Source of the DNA: Bacteroidales bacterium
GTDB taxonomy: Bacteria; Bacteroidota; Bacteroidia; Bacteroidales; GCA-2748055
Direction: 5' to 3'
DNA length: 64,000 bases
Assembly: GCA_020636775.1 (NCBI GenBank)
Contig: JACJXF010000002.1
Coordinates: forward strand, 144,331-208,330
Shown here: positions 25,196 to 35,060 of the stretch, in pieces
Position numbering within the stretch: position 1 is the stretch's first letter
Layout of the letters: each line of letters starts with the position of its first letter
Notes under the pieces: generated by a model
What the model was told of the DNA's origin: nothing
What the model saw: the letters and a program-made list of their open reading frames with translations, nothing else
Databases searched by the model: none
Position numbers and translations under genes: made by a program

Positions 25196-25426
25196 ATGAA
25201 ATTCCCCTGGTTTAAAAGGTCCGGCATCCTGTTTTTACCTGTTTCATTAATGGGATGGCTTATTGCACTGGCGGCAGTTGTATATTCGGTTTATGTTTTT
25301 ATTGATATTGACTCGCATTCGCATTCCGTGAGCGATACCCTAATGAATTTTGTTTTTAATCTTCTGATCATTGCAGCTGTTTATTCATTGATAGCATTTC
25401 TCAGCAGCCGAAAAGCAAAGTCGTAG
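25196..25426 (+). CDS. Small membrane protein (2 TM)
   Basis: I place the start at MKFPWFKRSGILFLPV. There are two hydrophobic helices. It belongs to the same apparent operon. Confidence 0.4.
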   Translation: MKFPWFKRSGILFLPVSLMGWLIALAAVVYSVYVFIDIDSHSHSVSDTLMNFVFNLLIIAAVYSLIAFLSSRKAKS

Positions 25427-25505
25427 GACCTGGAGACTCTTATGTCTTTGACCTTATTAAACTCCCGTCTTTTTTTATTAGATTTATCGGCCTAAGATAA
25501 ATCGT

Positions 25506-26999
25506 ATGTCAATAGATAAGTCTGTAGATCAACGTTTCTCCTCCCGGCTGGGATTACTGCTGAGTGCTCTGGGCATTGCTGTAGGGACGGGAAATATATG
25601 GAGATTTCCCAGAATAGCGGCACAAAACGGGGGTGAGAATGGAGCGGGAGCACTCATTATAACATGGATTGTTTTTTTATTTCTGTGGAGTATCCCCCTG
25701 ATCATAACCGAATATATGCTGGGGGAGAAATACCGTAAAGGAGTTGTTGGCTCCTTTGCAGCGGTTTTGGGTAAAAAGTTTGCCTGGATGGGGAGCTTTG
25801 TGGGATTTGTAGCTGCAGGGATTTCCTTTTTCTATGCGGTGATTCTTGGCTGGGCCATGTACTTTCTGCTTCAGTCTGTTTTATTTCCCCTGCCTGTCGA
25901 TAATGCCTCCTCCCTTATGGTTTGGGAAAATTTCCAGTCGGGACCCATGCCATATCTCTTTCATTTTCTCGCAGTGGGATTTGGAGCACTGGCTATTTGG
26001 AAGGGCATACGTTCCATTGAACGAGTCAATATGATCCTTATTCCCATTCTGCTTCTGATCATTCTAATAACCTTCGTCAGGGCAATTACCCTGCCCGGAG
26101 CCATGGAAGGGATTTCATATCTGTTCCGGCCTCAATGGTCGCAGCTTGCCAATCCGGAGATTTGGCTTCAGGCATTGACCCAGAATGCTTGGGATACCGG
26201 AGCCGGCTGGGGACTCTTCCTTACCTATGCTGCCTATATGAAAAAGGAACACGGAACCGTAAAAAATGCCTTTATTACCGGAATTGGGAATAATACTGTT
26301 TCCCTGCTAATGGCCGTCATAATTTTTTCTACTGTCTTTTCCGTCCTTCAGCACGGTCAGGGATTCAGTGACCAGGAAGTTCTTGAGGTAATGAAAACCA
26401 GTGGTCCTGCTTCCACCGGCCTTACCTTTATATGGATACCGCAGCTATTCAGCAGCATGCATTACGGAAGAGTTCTTGCAATCATGTTTTTCCTGGGATT
26501 ATCTTTTGCCGGCTTTTCATCGATGATTTCCATGTTCGAGCTCTCAGCCAGGGTTTTTGTGGATAGGGGGATGAAAAGGAGCACAGCGCTCTGGATTATT
26601 ATTCCTGCAGTATATCTGCTGGGAATACCCTCAGTTATGAGTCTTGATTTTCTGAGTAACCAGGATTTTGTATGGGGACTTGGACTCATCATATCGGGCA
26701 TTTTCTTTGCCATTGTAATGGCTAAAGCCGGAATTATGCGTTTCAGAAAAGAATTGGAAACAGTTCCCTCCGACTGGGTACTTGGCAGGTGGTGGGAATT
26801 AACCATGCGTTATTTTGTTCCTGCGGCGGGCGTACTTCTGCTAGCCTGGTGGATGATGCTGGCAGCCACAAAGTTTGCACCGGGCGAATGGTATAATCCC
26901 TTTAAACCTTTCAGCCTTATGACCTGCCTGTTGCAGTGGTTTGTGGTGATAGCAATATTCGTTATCTGGAACAATAAAATTGCCGGGAAGAGCGAATAG
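25506..26999 (+). CDS. Sodium-dependent transporter, neurotransmitter:sodium symporter (SNF) family
   Basis: 497 aa. The TM1 motif is ALGIAVGTGNIWRFP, with about 11-12 TM segments. Confidence 0.88.
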   Translation: MSIDKSVDQRFSSRLGLLLSALGIAVGTGNIWRFPRIAAQNGGENGAGALIITWIVFLFLWSIPLIITEYMLGEKYRKGVVGSFAAVLGKKFAWMGSFVGFVAAGISFFYAVILGWAMYFLLQSVLFPLPVDNASSLMVWENFQSGPMPYLFHFLAVGFGALAIWKGIRSIERVNMILIPILLLIILITFVRAITLPGAMEGISYLFRPQWSQLANPEIWLQALTQNAWDTGAGWGLFLTYAAYMKKEHGTVKNAFITGIGNNTVSLLMAVIIFSTVFSVLQHGQGFSDQEVLEVMKTSGPASTGLTFIWIPQLFSSMHYGRVLAIMFFLGLSFAGFSSMISMFELSARVFVDRGMKRSTALWIIIPAVYLLGIPSVMSLDFLSNQDFVWGLGLIISGIFFAIVMAKAGIMRFRKELETVPSDWVLGRWWELTMRYFVPAAGVLLLAWWMMLAATKFAPGEWYNPFKPFSLMTCLLQWFVVIAIFVIWNNKIAGKSE

Positions 27000-27054
27000 T
27001 TTTAGGGAATTAATACGGCAGGCTGGTGCTAATTCTTTTATGGGATTTTAAAAA

Positions 27055-27068
27055 GCTGTTTAAACAGC
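27055..27068. terminator. Candidate bidirectional terminator hairpin between convergent genes
   Basis: The palindrome GCTGTTTAAACAGC is flanked by A/T runs. It lies between the SNF transporter stop and the sulfatase-like stop. Confidence 0.35.
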
Positions 27069-27070
27069 CA

Positions 27071-29071
27071 TTATTTTTCAATCGGAAAATAATCTTTAGT
27101 CTTAGCCATTCTGCTTTCCAGGTTTGAACGGAGCAGTTCCTTTATTTCCGAGAAGTTCGGATTGCCTGCAAGGTTAACCGTTTCGCCGGGATCATTCTGC
27201 AGATCAAAAAGCTGCTCATTGGATATGCCATAGGAATACAGCACATATTTAAAGCTCCGGTAACGTATCATCCTGCCCATTCTTTCAGGTTTTGACGGAT
27301 CGGATGCAATCTCTGTAATCAAAAACTCCCTGAAGGAGGTGTCGGGCTTCTCAATAATGGGTTTCAGGCTTCTTCCGTTTACTCCTTGCGGTTCGGTAAT
27401 GCCTGCATAATCAAGAATGGTTGGCAGAATATCCATTCCAGAAACAAGATGATAAGAATCGACTTGTTTTTTAAAATCTTTTCCGAACCAGCTGATAATT
27501 AGAGGAACCTGCACGGCTTCCTGATAAGCTGACAATCCGCCCGCCCAGCGGTGGGATGCATTTCCGTCACCCTGATCGCTGGTAAGGATAATCAGTGTAT
27601 TCTGGTCATAACCGGTAGTTTCAAGCATGGTAAGTATCTTGCCTATTTCGGCATCGACTTTTTCAACAAGCTTGTAATATTGGAAAATATAGTTCCTCCA
27701 TTGAGCGGGATTGTATTTCTGAACAATGGACAGTGTATTATCATATGTAATTTCTCTCCTGCAATCGAGAAGAAACAGGGGTTCATTCTCATTGCTGTTA
27801 AAATTCTGTGGCAGAGGGGGAGCGCTCTCCGGATTCACTGCGGGCAGATATATATCAGGTTTGGCCGGCAGGAGCGCAATATCATGAGGATTCAGGTAAG
27901 AAACCACCATCAGCCAGGGTTCTGTCGGACGTCGCTGCAATTGCTTGGTCATGGCTTCAGTAAGCGGACTGTCTGAGTCAATGGCTCTGCCGGTTGCTCT
28001 TTCAGGATTTATGAAATTGATCATTCGAAAACCTGTCGAACTATCCTGTACTGAGGTATTAGGGAAAGCTTCAGGTAAATCCCATTTCCCTCCCCAGATG
28101 CTCTCATAACCCCCTGCCCGCATTATATGGCCAAGGTTCATCCAGAGACTGTCGGGCTTATCTCCTGTATAATTCACACCAGTCAGGTGAGGATATTTTC
28201 CCGTAAGAATGGAAGAAAGCGCCGGCCCAATGGCTGGTGAACTGCAATATGACTGAGTAAAGCGGATTCCTGCCTGAGCCAAAGCGTCCATATTCGGGGT
28301 TTTGAGATAAGGATTTCCATAGGCACTCATGGCGTTAATCGTCTGCTGGCTGGTAAGAATCAGAAGTACATTTGGTTTCCCTGAAAGCTCCGGATTGGCT
28401 CTGCGATTTGGCTTGTCCTCCTTAGGGAGTGTAATGGTTTCGAAGTTTGCAGGACTCGACCAGTTATCAGCCTTTCCTCTCCACATCATTTGTGTTTCAC
28501 GGTTTAATGAATCAGCATCGTTTATTGCGATATCAATTCCGAAGCTGTTTCTGGGCCAGTAATGATTTCTCCTTAAATTGGAATAGGGGAAGAAAACCTG
28601 AACAACATAACCGCTGTCATTTAACTGAGTAATGGCTCTGGCTCCCGTAAGTTCAGAGTGATAATTCTTAGGAAACCATTCAATGGGAGCTACATTTTTT
28701 TTGCCGGGTAAGGGAATTACTACTGCCTGAAATACTCCTTTCTCATAAATATTCCGTTTGCGCAGCCGGGGTGGACGAAGATCCATATAAATTTCAACCC
28801 CGTCGTTCATGTAGGAGGATTCGTTACCTGTTCGCACGGAGTCGTCTGTAACCCTTATAGTCAGAAGAAGGCCGGTTTCCAGTCTGTTCAGGTAGGCAAC
28901 AGCCGAACAGTCTTCCGGTCCTTTGCGATTTTCTGCGCCCAATACAACCTGGGAGGAATCGTTTATGTGAAATACAAATGAATTTTCCTTATTAAAATCG
29001 TGGTAAGTTGTACAGGAACTTACTACAATCAAACCGAACAGGAACAGAAAAAGTGTCAGTTTCATTTTCAC
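27071..29071 (-). CDS. Sulfatase-family (alkaline-phosphatase superfamily) protein with an N-terminal CBM9-like domain
   Basis: 666 aa with a lipoprotein-type signal (LIVVSSC). The N-terminal ~200 aa are CBM9/DOMON-like (GVEIYMD...IAINDAD...MMWRG). The C-terminal sulfatase core includes NVLLILTSQQ and LIILTSDQGD. The expected C/S-x-P-x-R motif is not intact (YCSSPAIGPALSSILTG). Confidence 0.7.
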   Translation of the reverse strand: MKMKLTLFLFLFGLIVVSSCTTYHDFNKENSFVFHINDSSQVVLGAENRKGPEDCSAVAYLNRLETGLLLTIRVTDDSVRTGNESSYMNDGVEIYMDLRPPRLRKRNIYEKGVFQAVVIPLPGKKNVAPIEWFPKNYHSELTGARAITQLNDSGYVVQVFFPYSNLRRNHYWPRNSFGIDIAINDADSLNRETQMMWRGKADNWSSPANFETITLPKEDKPNRRANPELSGKPNVLLILTSQQTINAMSAYGNPYLKTPNMDALAQAGIRFTQSYCSSPAIGPALSSILTGKYPHLTGVNYTGDKPDSLWMNLGHIMRAGGYESIWGGKWDLPEAFPNTSVQDSSTGFRMINFINPERATGRAIDSDSPLTEAMTKQLQRRPTEPWLMVVSYLNPHDIALLPAKPDIYLPAVNPESAPPLPQNFNSNENEPLFLLDCRREITYDNTLSIVQKYNPAQWRNYIFQYYKLVEKVDAEIGKILTMLETTGYDQNTLIILTSDQGDGNASHRWAGGLSAYQEAVQVPLIISWFGKDFKKQVDSYHLVSGMDILPTILDYAGITEPQGVNGRSLKPIIEKPDTSFREFLITEIASDPSKPERMGRMIRYRSFKYVLYSYGISNEQLFDLQNDPGETVNLAGNPNFSEIKELLRSNLESRMAKTKDYFPIEK

Positions 29072-29091
29072 AGTTTAGGTTTTCAGATGAT

Positions 29092-30978
29092 CTACCAGTG
29101 TCCCTCTTCCATTATTGGAATCAGCGCAAACAGACCACTCCAGGAATAGAAGCTGTTGGAGTTTTTAACGTCTCCCCCGACACCGGTAACGGCATTATAG
29201 TTTTCGTAGATTCTATGATTTTCCGTCCACTCCTTCATAAACAGTTTGAGGGATTTATCAGACATAATTTTCCTGGCATCAGGAAGATCGTAATTCCGGA
29301 GTCCGAGATACACCAGGAAATTCATGGGAGCCCATATTCGTCCTCTCCAGTATGAATTGTCGGGGAATGCCGGATCATTCCTGGCAATAGACGGTAGAAT
29401 ATAATCGCCAAAAAATTCAGCAGGATTCATAAAGTGTTCATCAATCATTCTGCGAGCCTGTTCCTGGCTTGGAACACCTGCCAGCAGCGGGTAGAAATTG
29501 GTTGGGGCAAGATGCTTGCTGAATTTTCCGGTGGTAAGATCCTTATCACGGTAGATGCCGCTTTTCTCATCCCAGAGCTCGTTCAATTTTGCACTGTACA
29601 CGGATGCCCTGTTGAGCAGTTCATCCTTTTCGCTGTTTTTGCCAAGCTCATTTGCAATGAAGGCAAGGGCCTTGCAATCGGCTATATATAAGCTCAGCAG
29701 ATCAACGCTTGCAAGCTCGAGCATGTGAGTTGAATCGTTAAAAACAGCTTCGTCGAAGAGTGGAGAATTATCGAGTCCTGACTCCCACATAGCCGCCTGT
29801 TTTGTATTTGCCTGATCGGTATTTTCTGCCGGATCAGATCCCCATGAGAGAAAACCCTGGTTGTTCCGGCTCTTATCCCACCAGCGGTTCCATGTCAGGA
29901 GATTGTCGAAAACCTCTGCCAGATACCATTTATCCTGGTACTTCTCATAAATCAGCTTTGAAATAATGCTTCCAACCGGTGGCTGGGAACGGTCGAATGA
30001 GGATTTATTATCCAGGGCCGCTGTAAAGTTGGGTATAAAACCAGCCGGGGTGATGGATTTTGTAATGGCAATTGCATTTGAATAGGCCAGGTATTTATCG
30101 TTGGTTGCGAAAAGGGCTGCAGTAAAATAAGTATCCCAGTCGAACAATACATAACCGCCCCAGTCTTCACTCCAGGCTCTTGAAACGGGCGCAATAGCCC
30201 TGTTATTGAAGGCGTCGTAAATAATGTTGTTACCAAGCAGGGTACGCATGGCATTATAGGGTTCCGATAAATCGCCATAAACCTTAAGCTGATCCTCGTA
30301 AATTTCCCTTCGCTTCAGCATATATTTTTTTATCGATTCCAGGTTCCTTCCATAACCTGTGAAGAATGCTGTTTCAACATTGGAATTTACGCTGATGTAT
30401 GGACTCGATAAGGCCAGAGGTATGTTTAATTCAGGCGCTGAAGACTGAATGGAAAAAGTCTTCTGACTCACATCGGCCTGGATAATACTCTTTTTTTTCT
30501 CCACGCGACCCGGTCTGTTATAGAGAATACCTGCTTCCAGAATCATTATGTGAGGATGATCGGGGACAACAATGGGAGTGTAAAGAATCATAACGTCTCT
30601 TTTTTCCCTTGCCACTTGTATTCTCGCCTTCATTCCCTTCCAGGTGAGGATCATATCGATATACCTGCCGTCGTATGAATGGGCTACAGGAGTTATAACC
30701 CCGGTTGATCCGTTCCCCGGAGTATTCACGGTGGTCTGTTCCAGAAAATAAGGAAAATCCCCTCTTAAGGTTGTTCTGAAACTCAGTCGTAAAGACAAAC
30801 CTTCGGGTAAATAAACCAGATTCAAAAGATCGGAATTGTCCCAGGTATTCCAGCCCTGTAGGAGATATTCCTGAAGCTTTTCGTTATTATTAAGCTTGTT
30901 TCCTTCATTTCCCGAATTGTTCAGACATGCAGTAAATGCAAATGGAATGACAAGAAGAAAGAGTATTTTTTTTATCAT
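29092..30978 (-). CDS. (alpha/alpha)6-barrel glycoside hydrolase, GH63/GH37 (MGH1/trehalase)-like lipoprotein
   Basis: 628 aa with a lipoprotein signal (FAFTAC). The C-terminal half carries motifs typical of this clan (WDTYF, GLDNSP, YWRGRIWAPMN, YENYNAVTG...FYSWSG). Confidence 0.65.
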   Translation of the reverse strand: MIKKILFLLVIPFAFTACLNNSGNEGNKLNNNEKLQEYLLQGWNTWDNSDLLNLVYLPEGLSLRLSFRTTLRGDFPYFLEQTTVNTPGNGSTGVITPVAHSYDGRYIDMILTWKGMKARIQVAREKRDVMILYTPIVVPDHPHIMILEAGILYNRPGRVEKKKSIIQADVSQKTFSIQSSAPELNIPLALSSPYISVNSNVETAFFTGYGRNLESIKKYMLKRREIYEDQLKVYGDLSEPYNAMRTLLGNNIIYDAFNNRAIAPVSRAWSEDWGGYVLFDWDTYFTAALFATNDKYLAYSNAIAITKSITPAGFIPNFTAALDNKSSFDRSQPPVGSIISKLIYEKYQDKWYLAEVFDNLLTWNRWWDKSRNNQGFLSWGSDPAENTDQANTKQAAMWESGLDNSPLFDEAVFNDSTHMLELASVDLLSLYIADCKALAFIANELGKNSEKDELLNRASVYSAKLNELWDEKSGIYRDKDLTTGKFSKHLAPTNFYPLLAGVPSQEQARRMIDEHFMNPAEFFGDYILPSIARNDPAFPDNSYWRGRIWAPMNFLVYLGLRNYDLPDARKIMSDKSLKLFMKEWTENHRIYENYNAVTGVGGDVKNSNSFYSWSGLFALIPIMEEGHW

Positions 30979-30989
30979 GGCTGCATGTT

Positions 30990-31493
30990 TTAGTTATGCA
31001 TTGGATAGTTAAAGCCCAGCTTATTGGATTCCGGCTGATCAAGAAATTTTTCCATATCATTCTGGTAAAAGTCGACCAGAAATTCATATAATGACTTATT
31101 GAATTCGTAGTAGAACCATTTTCCGTTTTGAAAGGGTATCTGTATACTGGGATCATTTCCCAGCTTCATGATAAAATTGCCTTTATATTTTTTAAAGAGC
31201 ATTTCGAAAACCAGAACCTGTTCGGGCAAATCAACCCTGGGTACTTTGAGGATCATGCCCATTCTGACATGCCAGAAGGAATCGGTCATAAGCTTCATGG
31301 CTTTTAATGGGTCCCGGGTGGGTGCGGGTGGCTCATCCCAGGAATAGATTATGGCGTTTTTAGGCTTAAGGCTGAAGAATTCAAGGTAAGAATCAAGGTA
31401 TCCCATCAGGAATTTTAAGCTTTCTTCCTGATAAGAATTGAACTCTTCAATATTTTTCCGATAGATTTCAAAAAGTACCTGAAAACGATCCAT
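30990..31493 (-). CDS. Hypothetical cytoplasmic protein
   Basis: 167 aa with no signal peptide and no recognised motif. It lies 12 nt upstream of the GH gene on the same strand. Confidence 0.4.
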   Translation of the reverse strand: MDRFQVLFEIYRKNIEEFNSYQEESLKFLMGYLDSYLEFFSLKPKNAIIYSWDEPPAPTRDPLKAMKLMTDSFWHVRMGMILKVPRVDLPEQVLVFEMLFKKYKGNFIMKLGNDPSIQIPFQNGKWFYYEFNKSLYEFLVDFYQNDMEKFLDQPESNKLGFNYPMHN

Positions 31494-31652
31494 GTCAGAA
31501 AAAATGTAAAATAATTTTCAGCAAGATAATGAAATCTTGAGTTCACTCCTAAAAGTCAGTAAATATACTTGAAATCTATTTTACAGTAATATGTAAGCCG
31601 GCAGACGGAAGTATCAGGCTAAAAACCGAAAAACCATTGTGAAGAACCAACT

Positions 31653-32387
31653 TTACTCCAGACTGATATGAATATTCTTTGCAATATCCAGAGCCGTAGT
31701 CATGGTGCTCAGGTCCGTATCAAGATCTCCATTCAGACCCGAATAATGAGAATGGCCAATAACAGTCATATCATAATCCTTTATTCCCGATTTCAGATCA
31801 ATATCGGCCATATAAACCAGTGCCGGTTGTGAAGATGTTTTGTAATCGTAGTCGTCGGGATATTTGTTATTCGTCCAGTATTCGTTCCAGTCCCAGGGCT
31901 GATTGATTTCAAAATACACCGAAAATTTACGAAGAGTTGTATCTTCTATCCGTGTATGAAGAATGAAATTACCGGAAGGGGTAGCCCCGGTATATGCATC
32001 TGCAACCGGATTTTCCTGATCAGGAAGGTACAATCCGTGTGAATTTTTTATCCCTCTTCGGTGCGACCAGTATGGAAGTGCGGCCGGTCTTGAAATAGGA
32101 CCCGGAAGCCATTTACCGGTTGTGGCATCACCATGTTTGAAAACCCCTTTTCCGATTGACTCCGCGACAAAAAGAGTTTGTACAAATCTGCCCATTTCAT
32201 CTTCGACCCAAATGGCCATAAGAGGATGGTTAAAGCTTTCACCTCTGGTAAATTCAATTGTAATGGGGATTCCTGTTGTATCTCTGTTGTATGTCAGAGA
32301 CTCAGGAGGTGATTGTATTCTGGAGCTGGTGCACGACAGGTATGATATAATGACTGCCGTGAAAACAAATGCTGCTGTTATTTTCAT
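31653..32387 (-). CDS. Hypothetical lipoprotein (possibly DUF2271-like) downstream of a TonB-dependent receptor
   Basis: 244 aa with a lipoprotein signal (VIISYLSC). The segment PLMAIWVEDEMGRFVQTLFV resembles DUF2271 proteins. It starts 11 nt after the receptor stop. Confidence 0.45.
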   Translation of the reverse strand: MKITAAFVFTAVIISYLSCTSSRIQSPPESLTYNRDTTGIPITIEFTRGESFNHPLMAIWVEDEMGRFVQTLFVAESIGKGVFKHGDATTGKWLPGPISRPAALPYWSHRRGIKNSHGLYLPDQENPVADAYTGATPSGNFILHTRIEDTTLRKFSVYFEINQPWDWNEYWTNNKYPDDYDYKTSSQPALVYMADIDLKSGIKDYDMTVIGHSHYSGLNGDLDTDLSTMTTALDIAKNIHISLE

Positions 32388-32397
32388 ACGGAGCTGT

Positions 32398-34809
32398 TTA
32401 AAATTGAAAGATAATACCTACAGTTGGCAACACTGTTCCACCGGTGGTACTTATTTCCTTCAGCGCATAGCGCTGCTGTGGAAGTGGGTCGCCCGGGTTG
32501 ATTACAGAATTGCCATCCAAAAGCAGAACTTTCTGCTGATCTGCCTTAAAGTTATAAACATTCTGAACATCAAGATAGAGGTTGAGCGAAAAACGATTGA
32601 AAAACCATTCCTTGTCAAGCCTCAGATCAAGCTGATGAAATGCAGAAAGTCTTTGCTGATTGAAACGTGAATAATCAAGAATCCCCTGTCCGTTTACATC
32701 CCAGGCTAATTTATAACTGGAGCCTAATTTGTCATAAGGAGTATAGGGAACTCCACCTACAAAACGCCATTTTAATCCCAGTCGCCAGTTCTTTTTGAAT
32801 TCCTTTATGCCGGTAATATTTATTATGTGCCGGTTATCCCAGACTGTTGGAACCCATTTTCCCAATGCAAGTATCTCGGATCTGAATGCCTGTGATTCGC
32901 TTCTTACAAGAGTGTAGGAAGCCACAAGGTTTCCTCCAAGGAAATCTTTGTTCCGGTAAAGAATTTCCATACCAAAAGCCCTTCCGTCGGCGATGGACTT
33001 TACTGCTTCATTTCCGAAGGTGCCAAAATCAGCTCCTTTACTGGCAAGAGAAATGGAATCGTTGACACTGTAGGGATAGTTCTGATAGTACTTATAGAAA
33101 CCCTCTACTGTGAGTCTTGACTGATCGGTAGGTTGCCATTCAATTCCTCCAACAATATGATCGGAGCTAATATATGAAATTCCGTTTTCCTTATTTACCA
33201 GATCACCCGCAGTATTCCTGTAGCCCAGCATGGTATAGGGTGGTACCTGGTAATACCTGCCCAGATTGAAGTTCAGGAAGAACTTCTGTGCCAGCATATA
33301 GGATGCCGAAAATCGGGGCGACAGCTGTTTGAGCGGGTTCAACATTTCGCTGGAATAACTGTTCCCGTCGGCTCTTACACCGAGCGACAGACTTAGCCTG
33401 TCTTTGAGTACTTTTTTACTGGTCTGAGCAAAGATTCCGTATTTATACATATCCAGAGTGCTGGAAAAATCAATGGTAACAGGACTTCCATTGATATAGG
33501 TCTTATTAAAAGTATAATTATCATAGTATGCATACTCCAGATTTGCACCGTAGTTAATACTGAGTCCGGAACCCAGACGGGAATTGTGCTCGTACCTGAG
33601 TTTGTTTTCAATTTCATTGGAATGGTAGTTCAATGTTAAACTATCATTTTCATCATTATTCCGGTATTTATAGCTTGTATTATTCAGATGATTTCTGCTG
33701 ACGGTCCAGGTATCGTATCCATTTTCCTTATAATGCTTGTAAACCATTCCGACAGTATAACTCCATTGTTCATTTACAGGGAGGTATCCCAGGATGAACC
33801 GCTGCTCTTCCGTTTCATTGGCTTTCAGGTTGAGGGCAAACTGGTCAATGGCCCCCAGACCGATTACGGTAATTTCGTTTTTCTCATCAATCCGGGTTTT
33901 GGTTTTAAACTGGAAGTCGTTGTATGTAGGGAGAAAGGGAAGCCCAATCAGGGAAAAAAGGAACTGAAGGTAAGAACGCCTTGCTGACATTATATAAGAA
34001 GTGTTTTTACCTAAAGGTCCGTCGAGGGTAAGAGCAATATCTGATGCCCCGACAGATCCCTTCACTTTAAGTTTGTCTTTGTTTCCATCAACTTGTTTTA
34101 GCTCAAGCACTGAACTCAGTGCATTTCCCCGGTCAGCAGGGAATGCCCCAGAATAAAAATCCACTTCCCTGATAAAATCCACATTAATGATTCCCACAGG
34201 ACCTCCGGAAGCTCCCTGGGTTGCAAAATGGTTTATGTTGGGAATCTCCACCCCATCGAGGTAAAACCTGTTTTCCGCAGCTCCCCCGCCACGAACAATG
34301 ATATCGTTTCTGAATGATGGAGTTGATGCAACACCCGGATATGATTGAATCACTTTTGAAATGTCGCGGTTACCACCCGGGTTTTTTTCAATTTCAACCA
34401 GGTCAATTCTTCTGAGAGAAACAGGACTTTCCTCGTTTTTACGAAACGGGGAGGCTTTGACGGTTATCTCATCCAGGGCAATATTTGATTCCTTCATGGG
34501 GATATCAATAAATACCTTGTTTGCATTTGTAACAAGTATTGGTTCAGAAACATAAGGTTCATAGCCCACTGAGCTTGCCCGGATTTCAACATATCCCGGT
34601 TTCAGACCGGTAAACAGAAATTTACCATCCAGATCGCTGATGGATCCGATGCTGGTACCATAAATAGCTATGGTTGCAAACTCGAGTGGCTGGTTATTTT
34701 TAGAATTATATATACGGCCTTCCAGAACTCCCCTGTCCTGCCCAAAGGCGCTTACCTGGAGGGAAAGAATCAGAATAAAACTTATACTAAGTGAATAAAA
34801 GGATTTCAT
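32398..34809 (-). CDS. TonB-dependent outer-membrane receptor with an N-terminal carboxypeptidase-regulatory-like domain
   Basis: 803 aa. It has a signal peptide, a CarboxypepD_reg-like N-terminus (GVLEGRIYNSKNNQPLEFATIAIYGT), a plug region, and a beta-barrel ending in the terminal aromatic ...GIIFQF. Confidence 0.85.
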   Translation of the reverse strand: MKSFYSLSISFILILSLQVSAFGQDRGVLEGRIYNSKNNQPLEFATIAIYGTSIGSISDLDGKFLFTGLKPGYVEIRASSVGYEPYVSEPILVTNANKVFIDIPMKESNIALDEITVKASPFRKNEESPVSLRRIDLVEIEKNPGGNRDISKVIQSYPGVASTPSFRNDIIVRGGGAAENRFYLDGVEIPNINHFATQGASGGPVGIINVDFIREVDFYSGAFPADRGNALSSVLELKQVDGNKDKLKVKGSVGASDIALTLDGPLGKNTSYIMSARRSYLQFLFSLIGLPFLPTYNDFQFKTKTRIDEKNEITVIGLGAIDQFALNLKANETEEQRFILGYLPVNEQWSYTVGMVYKHYKENGYDTWTVSRNHLNNTSYKYRNNDENDSLTLNYHSNEIENKLRYEHNSRLGSGLSINYGANLEYAYYDNYTFNKTYINGSPVTIDFSSTLDMYKYGIFAQTSKKVLKDRLSLSLGVRADGNSYSSEMLNPLKQLSPRFSASYMLAQKFFLNFNLGRYYQVPPYTMLGYRNTAGDLVNKENGISYISSDHIVGGIEWQPTDQSRLTVEGFYKYYQNYPYSVNDSISLASKGADFGTFGNEAVKSIADGRAFGMEILYRNKDFLGGNLVASYTLVRSESQAFRSEILALGKWVPTVWDNRHIINITGIKEFKKNWRLGLKWRFVGGVPYTPYDKLGSSYKLAWDVNGQGILDYSRFNQQRLSAFHQLDLRLDKEWFFNRFSLNLYLDVQNVYNFKADQQKVLLLDGNSVINPGDPLPQQRYALKEISTTGGTVLPTVGIIFQF

Positions 34810-35060
34810 ACTGGTTTATAATCAATTTTTGGTTTCAGATTCACTAATAACAAATGCAGGCAGGGATTGTTCAATTTATGTTTAACAAAATACTTAAAAG
34901 ATTAGACAAAACAGGATTGCTGATATAAGTTGGGAGAGTTTTTATATTTCTTACTTCTAAAGCTCCATATTATCTGATGATAGATCTCTTTTTTGGAAGC
35001 CCCTCCCTTTTGTGGGAGAGCTTATCCCGTCTCATGCGGGAGGTTGGGGTGGGATAAACG

